Shown: piece by piece, positions 26,941 to 38,738 of the stretch
How positions within the stretch are numbered: the stretch's first letter is position 1
How the letters are laid out: each line of letters opens with the position of its first letter
From: Moniliella sp. 'wahieum'
Taxonomy: Eukaryota
Direction: 5' to 3'
DNA: 64,000 nt
NCBI GenBank assembly: GCA_003971905.1
Contig: RSEE01000045.1
Span: forward strand, 310,001-374,000
Position numbers and translations under genes: made by a program
The notes under the pieces: generated by a model
Databases searched by the model: none
What the model saw: the letters and a program-made list of their open reading frames with translations, nothing else
Told to the model about the DNA's origin: nothing

Positions 26941-27413
26941 CGTGCTGAGCAGGCCAACAAAGTGTGATGATGGTTGGCTAAATTAAGCATCGTGGCCGAA
27001 GGGCCATGCATCCGCGCGGCAATAGTCGCCCCCCGCCCAAGTCCAAGTCGGCCGGCCTAAATAAGGCCACCGAGCTTCCAGTGCCGTGGCGACGTCTGTC
27101 GCCCCGTCCCGTTTCCGTTTCCTTTCTCGGTCGCGCCTGTGGCGACCAGCCCGCTTTTGACATGTCTTCCTTTCTACACCCCCTTTTTATCCGTTTCCCT
27201 TTTGATCCTGCCTGTACCCACCCTGGTTGATGGGGATCCTTTCCCCCACCTTCCATTCTCGTCATCCTCTCTGAAAGATTGGGGGCTAGGGCGAAGCACT
27301 AGACTAGGCGATCAATGGGTGAGCGCGATGAATCGGTCACACCAATAGAGCCCAGAACCGTGGTTGTCCGTTAACTGAGAAGTAGCTACGCTACCAAGCT
27401 AAGGACGATTGCA

Positions 27414-27618
27414 CTGTGCAGGGTGGGAACAGTCAGAGATAGCTTCTTGTAAGCTCCTGACGCTAGTCCAACCTTCAATGCAACCGATGGACAAGGACAA
27501 GCGCCAGAAGCAGGAAGAGAACAGGAAAGAGAGAACAGGAAGCTCACCTGTGCAGGGTGGGAACAGTCAGAGATAGCTTCTTGTAAGCTCCTGACGCTAG
27601 TCCAACCTTCAATGCAAC
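27414..27618. repeat. Perfect 71-bp direct repeat (27414-27484 and 27548-27618) separated by 63 bp
   Basis: CTGTGCAGGGTGGGAACAGTCAGAGATAGCTTCTTGTAAGCTCCTGACGCTAGTCCAACCTTCAATGCAAC occurs twice. Confidence 0.95.
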
Positions 27619-28969
27619 AGGGAGAAGAGGAAGGAGGGGAACGAGGGCGCGACGGTAACCAATCCGGAGCGCGCGAGTTGCGTAGCTCTATAGCCAGTTC
27701 CGCTTGCCAACAGCGACATGGCCGATCCAGCCATCACACCAAGTGGTGCCACATGCCACCACACTCCAACACTCTCGTCAATTCTCGTCTCAACCCCCTC
27801 GTCTACCCTCCCGCCTATCCTGTCCGGTCCTGCACGTTTTCCAGCTAATTGATCCAGTACAGGCAGCTTGCTCTTGTTAGCGTCCGACTTCTCTTCCGAC
27901 CTCGTCCTCCAGCCATTCGTCAGTCCAGTCGCGCGAGCCCTCCTCTGGCCGCGTCGATTTCCAGTCTCTGTTGAGGCAGTGTTTGTCCGCCGCTGTCTCC
28001 TCCTCCCGCCTTAAGTCCCAGCGGCTTCAGACACGTTACTACGGCCCAAGCCGGTGCAGACGCAGCCTTGCCACACGTGCAGCCGCCCCACCAAAGGCCT
28101 CTCCTCGTCCCTAGCTCCGCTCGGACACACCAACCAGCCTAAGCCCGAAACTACCGTGAGTCGACCTACCGTCGCCTAAGGGATTGTACCCCAAAAACCC
28201 CAGGGCGGCCCTCTGGCGGCGCCCGCCCGTGACGCCCAAGGTGCCAATAGGCCCCGAGCACTTCAGCACTTTAGTGTGGGCGCAGTGTTTCTTGGTTCCA
28301 ACCTTGAGCTCTATCAATGATATGGTTACAGTATACACACCAGCCACTAGAGCTCCTTTCTTAACCACCCGTCCGGTAACCAGCATGGTTCCGTTACCGT
28401 TGCGTGGGTACGGTACAAAGGTGCCACCCGGTAGTCCCACTACATGCGGTTAATAACATTATCTACACATGATACACGCACATTTCATGGTAGTTTTTTC
28501 TGGGTTGAACGTTGATTAATGATTCGGATGAGAAGGCGTGTTCTCCTACACCGTTGCAGTGCGGCCGACTTTTGTTGTCACCTATATTAACTCATGCCGC
28601 GATGCTATAGGGGGGCCTGGGTTGGCCCACAACTATATACATACGTGTTTCGCGTATGGGCCTTATGGCACAACTTCTATATCAGTTGGGAGAGATCCTG
28701 TGCTCGCCTGTTATCAAACAACCGTGTGCCCCATTCATATATACCTCTTTCCAGTCTGTCTAGCGATGTACCCGATCCATCTGCTTTCCTTTCCAACTCT
28801 CATGTTTCCTGATAGTTGAAGACATTGCAGGCCTACGGTCCCATACAAGGTACCTTGTGACGGTATCCTGGACGAAACATTACAGTTGATGTAAGAGAGA
28901 TGTAGGCATTACCGCCTGTGCAGGCTGTTGGAAATTTGAATGAAGACACGTCGGGCCCCGTCCTCAACC

Positions 28970-29108
28970 TCTAGTACTGCAGGTGTAGTGTGTGACCTAT
29001 AGAAATGTAAGTGTAGTGTAACATCTAGTACTGCAGGTGTAGTGTTAAACGGGGGAGGGGCGAAATATTATGGATAGGAAAGGCTCTCGGTGTTCCGCAG
29101 GTGTAGTG
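28970..29108. repeat. 22-bp direct repeat x2 plus partial copies
   Basis: TCTAGTACTGCAGGTGTAGTGT at 28970-28991 and 29024-29045; partial GTGTAGTGT at 29011 and GCAGGTGTAGTG at 29097-29108. Confidence 0.85.
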
Positions 29109-30479
29109 ATACTTACGTGGGAGATCATGTGAGGACTGTCTCCAAACGTGGATTTGGGAGAAGTAGGTGCAGGAACTCCTGCGGGAAGACATGACCATGG
29201 GGTCCCTTTTTTACTGTAGTGGTACGGAAGCGGACTACGCTTCGTCAGCTGCTTCGCTGTATGCAGTGAGAGAGAGAAGGGCGAGAGAAGGAGGAGATGT
29301 GCTGTTGGCGGAGTTTGAAGCTCTTCTCTCTCGATAGAAGCGTGGCGGATTCCTTGCGGCGAGAACCCATAGGGCAGCAAGGACAATCAGTTTGACCGGC
29401 TCATGAGTCTGCCCCTTTTGGATGGGTGGGTGCGGCTGCCCACTCTCCTCGTCGGCAGTGCGCCCAGCAAGTGCACGTTGAGTCTGACGTATTCGCTTGA
29501 ACTCTCATCTTGGTTTGCACCTACACCCAGTCTAAGATTTTGGTAATACGGCAGCTGCTCCTCACGTTCGTGCGCTCCATGGGAAACGGATGGTCTGAAT
29601 GATGAGCTGAGAACGTAGAGGCGATGGTACAGGCTGGTATAGGTGGATTTGGTGTGCAAGCGGGAGGTGATGGTTGGCGATGCACGCGATGACCATCAAA
29701 CCGCGTGTGCTGCGCCAGGCGGCGGGAGGAGCTACAGAGGGGCCTGGTGGGGGGGGTGGGTGACGGGGCGTGTGTTACATCAGTGTTGCATTCCTCCTGC
29801 CGCGTGTAGATCGTTTTCTCCCGCACTGGCCCAGCGATGGATGGTGCCTGATGCATGACCATCCATGGCCGTGTTTGGGCCCAGTAGCATCCAACGCTGC
29901 CCAGCGCCCAGCGGCGCCCACCCCCCGCCCAGACGCATGGCTCCGCGCGGCGCAGGCGCAGTGTCGGCGGAACCCCGCGCGTATTCCGCTGCAGGGTCAC
30001 GTCAGCAAGTTCAGGGCTAAGCACTGGCCCCATGCTTTGAGCGGCACACGGGCAGTGTCCCTGCTGCGTGACCCAGACGCGTGGTGCCAAGGCGCCGGGG
30101 CAGTGTGCACTTCAGGGAGCGCGGCGGGCGACGGCGGCGGGCAGCGGCACTGCGGACGAGATGCAGGCCGGGGGGCAGGCTGGCCGGCGGCTGGCTCTAC
30201 GCCTCCATCTCCCGCTGTGGCTGCCGAAAGTGCGCTGCTGCCTGCTGCTGTCGCCCACCGCCTCCCTTGCGCTCCTGCCCTCCGCCCGGCCACCACACCA
30301 GAGGACACGTCGCCTGCCCCGTGCTGCCCCCCGCGTCTGCCCCCCCTCGCCCCCCCTCGTGCGTATCTCCCCTGCCCCCTGCCCGCGCTCGTCGCCACCA
30401 CCACCCCCTCCCACCCGCATCCCCCCCCTGACCCCATCATGCCCCCGCAGACGTCCCCCGCGCCCTCACCGTTCCCACC

Positions 30480-31764
30480 ATGGACGACGGCTCGCAGAGT
30501 TACCCGTTCAACTACGACCCCCAGCAGGGCTACAGCTATGGCAACATGCCCCCTGGCTACCAGCACATGTACTACCAGCAGATGTACAACAACTTCAACA
30601 TGGTCACCCCCTCCATGATGGCCGCTGGCGGCGGTGCCAACCAGGCCGCGCCCAGGCCCCCCCCAACGCCGCCGTGCCTGGTTCCGTCGCGTCGTCCGCT
30701 GCTCCCTCGGACCCTGCTGCCGCCGCCGCTGCTGCTGCCGCACAGCACTACATGCCTTACGGCCACCCGCAGTACTTTGCCGGAATGATGCCCCCGGGCA
30801 TGTCACCCTACGAGACGGCCGCCGCTTCCGCCGCCGCTGCTGGCTCGAAACACGCCAAGATCAAGGATGCCATGGGTGGTCTGGATGAGCGCAAGTTCAA
30901 AAGAAGGAGATCCCTGTCGTCAAGAAGCCTGCGCGTCCGCACGTGCGGCCGCCAAAGCAAGCGCCGTCGGCCTGGCAGATTTATTTCAACGAGTTTCTTG
31001 CCGATATGCGCGCCAAGAACCCGTCGGAACGATTGAACGTGTCCCATGTCGCCCGTGGTGCTGGGGAGCGGTACAACGCGTTACCTGAGGAGGAGAAGCG
31101 TCGGTACTACGAAGAATCGCTTCGCCGCAAGGCGCAGTGGGAGGCCGATGTGCAGGCTTGGCTTGAGAAGTTGTCGCCCGAGGACATCAAGCTGGAAAAT
31201 GCGTACCGCACCCAGCAGCGCAAGTCGGGCAAGTCGCGCAAGTCGAACTTGAAGGATCCGCATGCGCCCAAGAAACCGCTTTCGGCTTACTTTTTGTTCC
31301 TTCGTTCCATTCGCGCCTCGCCCGAAATGACCAAGGAGGTGTTTAATGACGAGAGTGAAACAACGAAACAAAGTGTCCTCGCTGCTACCAAGTGGCGCGA
31401 GCTCGACGAAGACCGGAAACAGCCCTACCTTCTCAAGGCGGAGCAAGACAAGCAGCGGTACGAGGAGGCGCGCAAGATGTACGATTCGGCAACGTCGGTG
31501 CCTGGTGTAGACGCGTTGGTTGCGCACGAGCAGGCGCAACAGGCAGGCAAGGCAGCGGCCAAGAAGTTTGCTGAGACCAACCCGCAGATCCAAGAGATTA
31601 TTGCGCAAGGCCGTGTCCCTCCGGCGCTGACGTTTGATGTGGACGAGGAAGATGTCCAGTTGGCTGCACAGGCCGCGACACACAAGGACCATGGTCGTCA
31701 CGGTCGCAAGTTGGCCAGTACGAAGCTGAATGAACTGTTGAGCGAGGCGGCCGAATCGAAGTAA
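30480..31764 (+). CDS. Protein with two HMG boxes and a Q/Y/P/A-rich N-terminus (Ixr1-like architecture; frameshifted)
   Basis: RPPKQAPSAWQIYFNEF...AGERYNALPEEEKRRY and DPHAPKKPLSAYFLFLRSIR...AATKWRELDEDRKQPY...DKQRYE. Confidence 0.88.
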
Positions 31765-32944
31765 AAGCCTTTTTACTTCTTCGGGTCTCGATCTCGACGC
31801 GTCGGACGTCGGACGTCGGGCGGACGGGTCTTGTTGTTCTGGTGTACTATTTCCTCCCTGTTCCTGATGGCTATACGCGTCCTAATCCGTTGTCCGTTGT
31901 CCGTTCTCCCTTTCTCTTTCCTTTTTTCTCCTTTCTTTTTCTCTCTCTCTGTCGTCCCCTTTACCTCTTCCTTGCTGCGGGTGGCTCAACTGAACGTTCA
32001 ATTGAACGTTGAACCCTCGTGGCGCCTGAGGATGGCAATCGGTTATGTTGTCTGTACATTGGCTCTTTTGAAGGCTTGCTTGCTTGCTTGCTTGCTGTGC
32101 GTTAGGCCATTGGGCCGTCTGTCCGTCTACAGTTGTGTTCCCTGCATCTTTGATGCCTCAGGTTGAGGCCTCAGGGCCATAGCCCCCGTTCCGTGTCATA
32201 CTCAACGTTCGACGTTAACCTCATCTGAGCCCCGAATCTACCCTGCGTCGTGGCGCCTGGGCAGGCTCAGGCGTACAGGGCTCACGCTCACCACCAAGGG
32301 AAACCCAATCACAAGTAGTGGGGTTGTTGGGGAAAATATGCACGACGCAGATGTGCTGAAGATGAAGGGAAAGACTGAACAGACTTAATGAAACAGAGCA
32401 CTGAGGTACTGAGGACGCCAGCAGTCCAAGCAGACTAGTAGAATTAGCCCGGGAAAGTTTCCCACACCCTCTCAGCCACAAAGGAGAGAGAGTACTTCGG
32501 TTTGGTTCAACGTATAGCGTCCAGACAAGCCGGCCGGGTCTTCTTGACGTAAACAGCCTAGGCAAAAGGAAGGCAAGGAGAGCATGTCGTCTGACGCGTC
32601 GCGTTGCTGGTTGCGCGTGACGAGTGACGCGTGACGCATGACGCGTGAAGCTTGAGCTTGAAGACCGCGCGCGCGCCACCTGGTTTTGAACGTTGCAAGG
32701 TACAGGCGTACTTAAGGGGATGGATGGGTGACATTAGCACGCGACGGTGATGCGACGCGTCGCACGCGGGCAGCCGACGCGCTGCGGGGGCGGGCGGGTG
32801 GCGCGCGGGGCGGAAGGCGGGAGGCGGAAGCGCAGACGGCGTATCGGCAGGTCCTGAATCCTGAATGCCCAGCGGACGCGTCCAGTTGGCGCCACCCCGC
32901 CCCGACCCCCACGTCCCCCCCACCACCTGCCTCGACACGCCACC

Positions 32945-35900
32945 ATGGCAGGCCGCAAGCGCCACTCTGCGCCCCACTCGGACGACGAAGCGGATACCAG
33001 TGTACGTCGGCCCCCTCTGCTCTGTCTGTGTGCGTGGTGCGTGGTGCGTGGTGCTAGCAGGGTGCTAACATGGCGCTGACATGGGACAGGCCAAACGCGC
33101 GCCTCAATGGCGAAGAGGACGACGACAGTGACTACCCCGATGCCCAGCTCTCCGACGCGTCAGGAGGAGCAACCGATGCCCCTGACTGGCGCAGTGTACG
33201 TTATCCCCCCCTCAACCCCCCAACCCCCCAACCCCCCATGCCTGTGCCGCTACCGTGTTTTCTGAGCTGAGCTGACGCGGTGCAGAATACCCATGCTGAG
33301 GCCGGTCCAATCGAGCACATTGAGGTGTTCAACTTTATGTGCCACAAGCGCATGAGCGTCGACCTCTGCCCCAACCTCAACTTTATCGTCGGCCACAATG
33401 GAAGTGGCAAGTCGGCCGTCTTGACCGCCATCACGATTGCCCTGGGTGGAAAGGCGAGCACTACGAACCGCGCCGGCAGCATGAAGAGTTTCATCAAGTC
33501 GGGTGTGAAAAGTATGCTACCCCTGGTTGATGGGCAACGAGTCAGAGCCACTGACCTCATCCTGCAGTTCGGCCGAAATTGTGGTTCGTCTGCGCAACCG
33601 CGGAGAAGATGCGTACAAACACGAGTTATGGCGATAGCATCACCATTGTGCGCCGCATCCACCTCGATGGCGGTGCGTCCTGGAAACTATTGCCCACAAT
33701 GGCAAGACCCGCTCGACGCAGCGTGCCGAGCTCAGTCGTATCCTGGACCACCTCGACATTCAAGTGGACAATCCCATGTCGGTGCTCAACCAAGATGCGG
33801 CGCGGCAGTTCCTCAGTGCCTCCAACCCGGAGGAAAAGTACGCGTTGTTTCTCAAGGGAACACAACTTACTCATCTGGCTCAAGAGATGGATACGCTCAA
33901 GGACCACAATATGGAGATCAAGGCTGCTTTGAGCAACAGAAGGAATACCTGCCTGACCTCAAGGCCGAATACGAGGAAAAGTTGCGTAAGTTTGCGCAGT
34001 TTCAGAAACAACGAGGGCAAGCAGAAACTCGAGGAACTGTCCGACACGTACGTCTGGGCTCAGGTCGCAGAGGCCAAGAGGAAGTACGAGTTGGCAGGCG
34101 AGGAAGTGCGCAAACAGGGCAGTAAGATTACCAAAGCGCAGCAAGCCGCCCAGGTCGTCGCCGGCGATCTCGAGCAAACCGACACGACCCTTTCTCTGAT
34201 CGACCAGGAACGGCAGAATGACCAGAGTGCGGACGACGAGCTTGTTCGTGCGCGTGATGAAGCAAGGGGACGCGCTCATGAAGCCATTAGCCAACGCGAG
34301 GCAGCTCAGGTGAAACTGCAAGAGATCAGCGAGCAGTACCAGGTCTACAAGAATCAGCATGAGAGCGCGCAAGCCAAGTTGGACCAAGAGCTGCGCAAGG
34401 CCAACCAAGCAGGCGAACGAGAGGCGTGGATGGAACAACGCGCTCAGGGCCAAGCCAAGATTGACAGATGGAACAAGAGCTGAATGACCTGCAGGCGCGA
34501 AAGATGAGGTTGAGCGCCAAATTGCGCCGTTGCAAGAAACTCTCCAAAACATCGACACTGACTTTACCCGTCTCGCGCGCAACGTGGCCTCCACCGAGCG
34601 CACCGCACGGGAGATCAAGGCGGCTGCCCAGGACAATCTCTCGGCGTTCGGGCGGTCGATGCCTGCTCTGGTTCGGGCGATTAAGCAAGAAAAGGGATGG
34701 CACACCCCCCCAGTGGGTCCTGTGGGGAGCTACATGAAACTCAAGGACGAGTCTTGGCTTAACATCATCGAGGCCATTCTCGATAAGGACCTGAATGGGT
34801 TTTGTGTGACCAACGAGCACGATCGCAACTTCTCCTGAAATGGACGAGGCGGCTTAATTGTGCGTCCTTTGTCCCCATTCTACGGGGCGATGATGAGCCA
34901 TTTGATTATTCCTCTGGCGAACCCGATCCGGCCCTCACCACCATTCTGCGGGTGTGCGAGTTTGAGTCGGACTACATCAAGCGCCAGCTGATCATTTCGC
35001 GCCACATTGAGCGTACCGTTCTTGTTCGCCAACGCAGCGATGGTGACCGCCTTCTCCGCAGCGGCACGGATTAAATATGGTGCACAGTGCCGATCTCTTT
35101 CGCATCACAGGTGGTGACCGTACCAGTTCCTCCACGCGATGCAACGTCCCCAGGGGGCGCATCGACTGAGTAAGGACAACTCTTCGGCTCTGGCCGAGGC
35201 CGAGGCTGCACTCAAAGAGCTTCGCGTGGAGCAGCAGTTGCTCACTGAGCGCAAAGATCAGGTGCGCGCCGAACTCACCGCCGTGCGGGGACAGCTGCAA
35301 TCTTTGACCAACCAGTCCACCTCCGTGCATCGTAACCTACGGAAACTGCAAGCCGAAGTGGGTCAGCTGAATGGTAAGTTGCAAGCACAGACGACGGTGG
35401 ATGTGGATGTATTCCAAGAGATGGTGGACCAGGCCAAGCAGCACATGGAGGAGGGAGGAGCGTTTCCGTGTGACCAACGTCGAGGTGGAAGAGATGACGA
35501 AAAAGGAGGAAGCCCAAGCTGTTTACGATGAGATTCGACGTCGTTGGAGAGCGGGAAAGCGGACAACGCGCCATGACGGAAGCAGCAGAGCAAGCAGCAC
35601 AAACGAGAGTCGCGCTACGGCACAAGCTCACTCACTTGGACGCAAAGTAACGAGTACTCGGAAGAACTCAACTCGTTGGCCGAGCAGCACGAAATGGACA
35701 AGGCGATTTCGAAGAGTTGGTCAAGCAGGCCAAGGAGCATACGGGATTGGAGTACCATGAGGTGGGTCCTTCGGTTACGTCGGCCAAGATTGAACAAGAG
35801 ATTCGCCAATGGGAACAGTACATGGACAGAATGCGTACCCAGACTGGCGGCAACATTGATGCTGCCAAGATGGAGATTGAAGAGGCCGAGCAGAAATTGG

Positions 35901-36455
35901 AGACGCTCAAATCGAGAATCACCAAATTGGACGAGTTTGCCAAGCAGCTCGATCGTTCGTTCAACGACCGTTGGGTCCGTTGGCACTTTTGGCGAGGTGT
36001 CATTGCCCTCCGTGCCCGCTCACTCTTCACGGCCAACTTGGAGCATCGTGGCTTCTCGGGCAGTTTGTCGTTTGAACATGAAAGCCAAGGTCCGATGGAC
36101 GCCGCTGCCGGGCAAGCTTCTGATCAAGGTACAAACCGAGCATGGTCCAGGTGCTGGGACCAAGAATTTGCAAAAGGAGACCAAGGCTCTGTCGGGGGGA
36201 GAGAAGTCCTTCTCGACCATCTGTCTTTTGCTCTCTCTCTGGGAAGCGATCAACTGCCCCATCCGCTGCTTGGACGAGTTTGATGTGTTTATGGACTCGG
36301 CCAACCGAACAATCTCAACCAAGATGATTGTCGATGCTTGCAAGGTCAACCGACGTGTACAATATGTGCTCATCTCGCCCCAGAGCATGACCTCTACCCA
36401 GTTGGGCGACGATACGCGGGTCATCATGATGAAGGACCCAGAGCGTAACCAGTAG
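32945..36455 (+). CDS. SMC6: Structural maintenance of chromosomes protein 6 (frameshifted)
   Basis: IEVFNFMCHKR...NFIVGHNGSGKSAVLTAITIALGGKASTTNRA (Walker A), DNPMSVLNQDAARQFL, PPVGPVG hinge, LSGGEKSFSTICLLLSLWEAINCPIRCLDEFDVFMD; several short 5' introns. Confidence 0.95.
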
Positions 36456-36853
36456 CCCTTTCATTCTCTCAACCTGACTCTCGACATGTGTGAACTGGAT
36501 CGATTTTATGGTTATCTGTTCTGCCTCGTAAGAGAAATAGCGGTAGTGTAGTTCAAGGACTCCAGGTTGTCCAACTTGTGTATGGGAGCTCGATACAAGA
36601 GAAAGAGAAAGAGACGGAGAAGGCAGTGGCCTGGCTCTCGGCTTCCATCTCCATGTTGAGCGCCAAGCATGGTAAGTGGGGGGAAATACGACGAACAGTG
36701 TATTGAAGCTCAACGTCCACTGCCTAAAAGTGTGAACCTCCTGCCTTGTCCACACCTCCAGAGTGACATACCAATCGGCAGTCCAGTGGAGGCACAGTGA
36801 ATGGGCATATCTGCATGTGACCTAGTTCGTCCGTCCCGTCCCGTGATCACGGA

Positions 36854-38445
36854 TCACGGGCGCTGCAGGATACAGATGCCCTCGACGTGGCTGGCGGACA
36901 GGTCAGTGGTCTGTTGCTCGGAAGGGAGTACAGAATGAGGATGGGACGTACAAGGTCTGAGGGAAAAAGTCGGCGGCGCGAGGGAGATGGAGTACTGGGG
37001 TCGACGACGAAGAAGGAAGCCCACGTCCCTTGCTTGCGTGTGGACATTGCAAGAAACATAGATCACCAGTCGTGGCCGCAAAGCGAGGAGCTGGGTGAGG
37101 AACACTTCATCACACCCCTTTCTCGGTGGATCGATGACACGGTGGTCTGGTCCGGCGCAAATTCATTCAGTTGAGAAAAGATATGCTCGGCAGAAGCAGC
37201 GAGGAAGGTGACATTGTCAATGCTGTTGTGCTGAGCATTGACCTTGGCACACTCGATGGCACGGGAAGAGATTTCAACCCCTGCCACTTGAGAGAAGAGA
37301 GATGCTAGACTTAGAGCAAACAGCCCTGCACCACAGTAGGCGTCCACCAAATAGGTTTTCCCCTCGGGGACAACGGTGCGGCGGAACCGTTCAATCTCGG
37401 AACGAATAAGGTCCACAACAGGCACCAAATGGAACGGTTGTTTTGGAAAAAGTCCCCAGCCGGTCCTTGGAACAGAGCGAGCCCACTCGCTCATGCATCA
37501 CACCGTGCTTCATGTCGGTCACCACCTCGCGTGCACTCGGATCCTCGCTCGAGGGCACAATCGAATCGCGGAACAGCAAAGTGGAGCCATTCGAGTAGGA
37601 GAATATGTCGTCTCGTACCTTCCTCCGCTCGATAGGAAGCGCACGGTTGATGGCCGGAGTAGCAATGGGCATTCCTCAATATCCAGCATGGGCCGGCATC
37701 CGAGTCAAAGCCAATGGGAAACGAGACGTCGGCTTAGGCGTGGAGGGCTCCTTGGAACCTCCTTCGCCATTGTCTCACGAGCGAGGGGAGGTTAAAGTGA
37801 GGTGTGAGCTTAGTCCTGTACCCCATTTGCTCAGGCGAAGCGAGGGTGGGAAGCACGTCGGGTACCTGCTCAGGAAGGAGATCCGAGTAAAACTCAAAGG
37901 CTTTCTGCACCACGTTTCGCTTGATTTCCAACTGGCGCGGGTACGCAACCATTTGGTACTGGCACCCGCCACATTCGTTAAAGTACTGGCACGTTGGTGT
38001 CTCGGTCCTCCACTCGGATTTTTCCAGCACTTGCAAAATGACGGCTTTGGACCTCATCATATCATTCTTGACGATCTTGACCTTGAGCTTATCTCCAGGG
38101 AGCGACTTGGGGACAGCAATAACCCAGTCCTTGAGAAGAGGGTCCTTGGCGAGGCCCAATCCGACAGCCGTCAACACAAGGACCTCCACCTCCATCTCGA
38201 GGCCGAGGGGGTGAGGGCGGTCAAATTGGCTGCCTGCCTCGAAGCGGGCGTCGACCACATCGCCGCCCAAGAGGACGGATCTCGATGAGAAGCGGATCCG
38301 CGCCAAATTTGCCCTCCTTCTTGGCGGCAGCCCGTTGGGCGTTCTGCACACGCTTGCGCTCCAGCTTCGCCCTTTTCTTCGAGTCCTTGTCGATGGGCGA
38401 CGCGGCACGCTTCTCTGGCGCGGCCGGGGCGGATGGGCCAGGCAT
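36854..38445 (-). CDS. TRM2: tRNA (uracil-54-C5) methyltransferase Trm2 (frameshifted)
   Basis: TRAM-like region, CQYFNECGGCQYQ, GYRTKLTPHF, FFQNN, VDAYCGAGLFAL, DPPRKG, IYVSCNVHTQARD, HVEGICIL. Confidence 0.9.
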
Positions 38446-38738
38446 GGTTGATGTATGGCAGACGGCCCGCCGACGCGACTGGCTCGGCCGAGGTGCAAAA
38501 AGGCGCGGCGCCGGCCAGACAAAAAAAAAATAGAACAGGTGCGGTGGGGCTCGCACGCCCCATTCCGCGCACCGGCGGAAGGAAATTTTCTTTCTTGGCC
38601 TGCTCTGCGGTTCTGGCTGGGCAGTCCAGAGCAGCCAAGTCGACCACCTCAACCAGGCGCCCAGCCCCGACCACACCAGGCCCGGCCCGGCCACCCCTCC
38701 CCCACCTCCCCCCACCACCTCCCCCCCCTCGCCACACC
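38446..38738. promoter_or_regulatory. Bidirectional promoter of TRM2 and UTP6 with poly(A) tract and RRPE-like motif
   Basis: ~290 bp between divergent ATGs; A10 at 38521-38530 and GAAATTTTC at 38582-38590. Confidence 0.45.

Noticed and set aside
28970..29108. CRISPR-like repeat-spacer-repeat (22-bp repeat, 32-bp spacer)
   Set aside because: Only two full repeats, the spacer contains part of the repeat, eukaryotic context and no cas genes.
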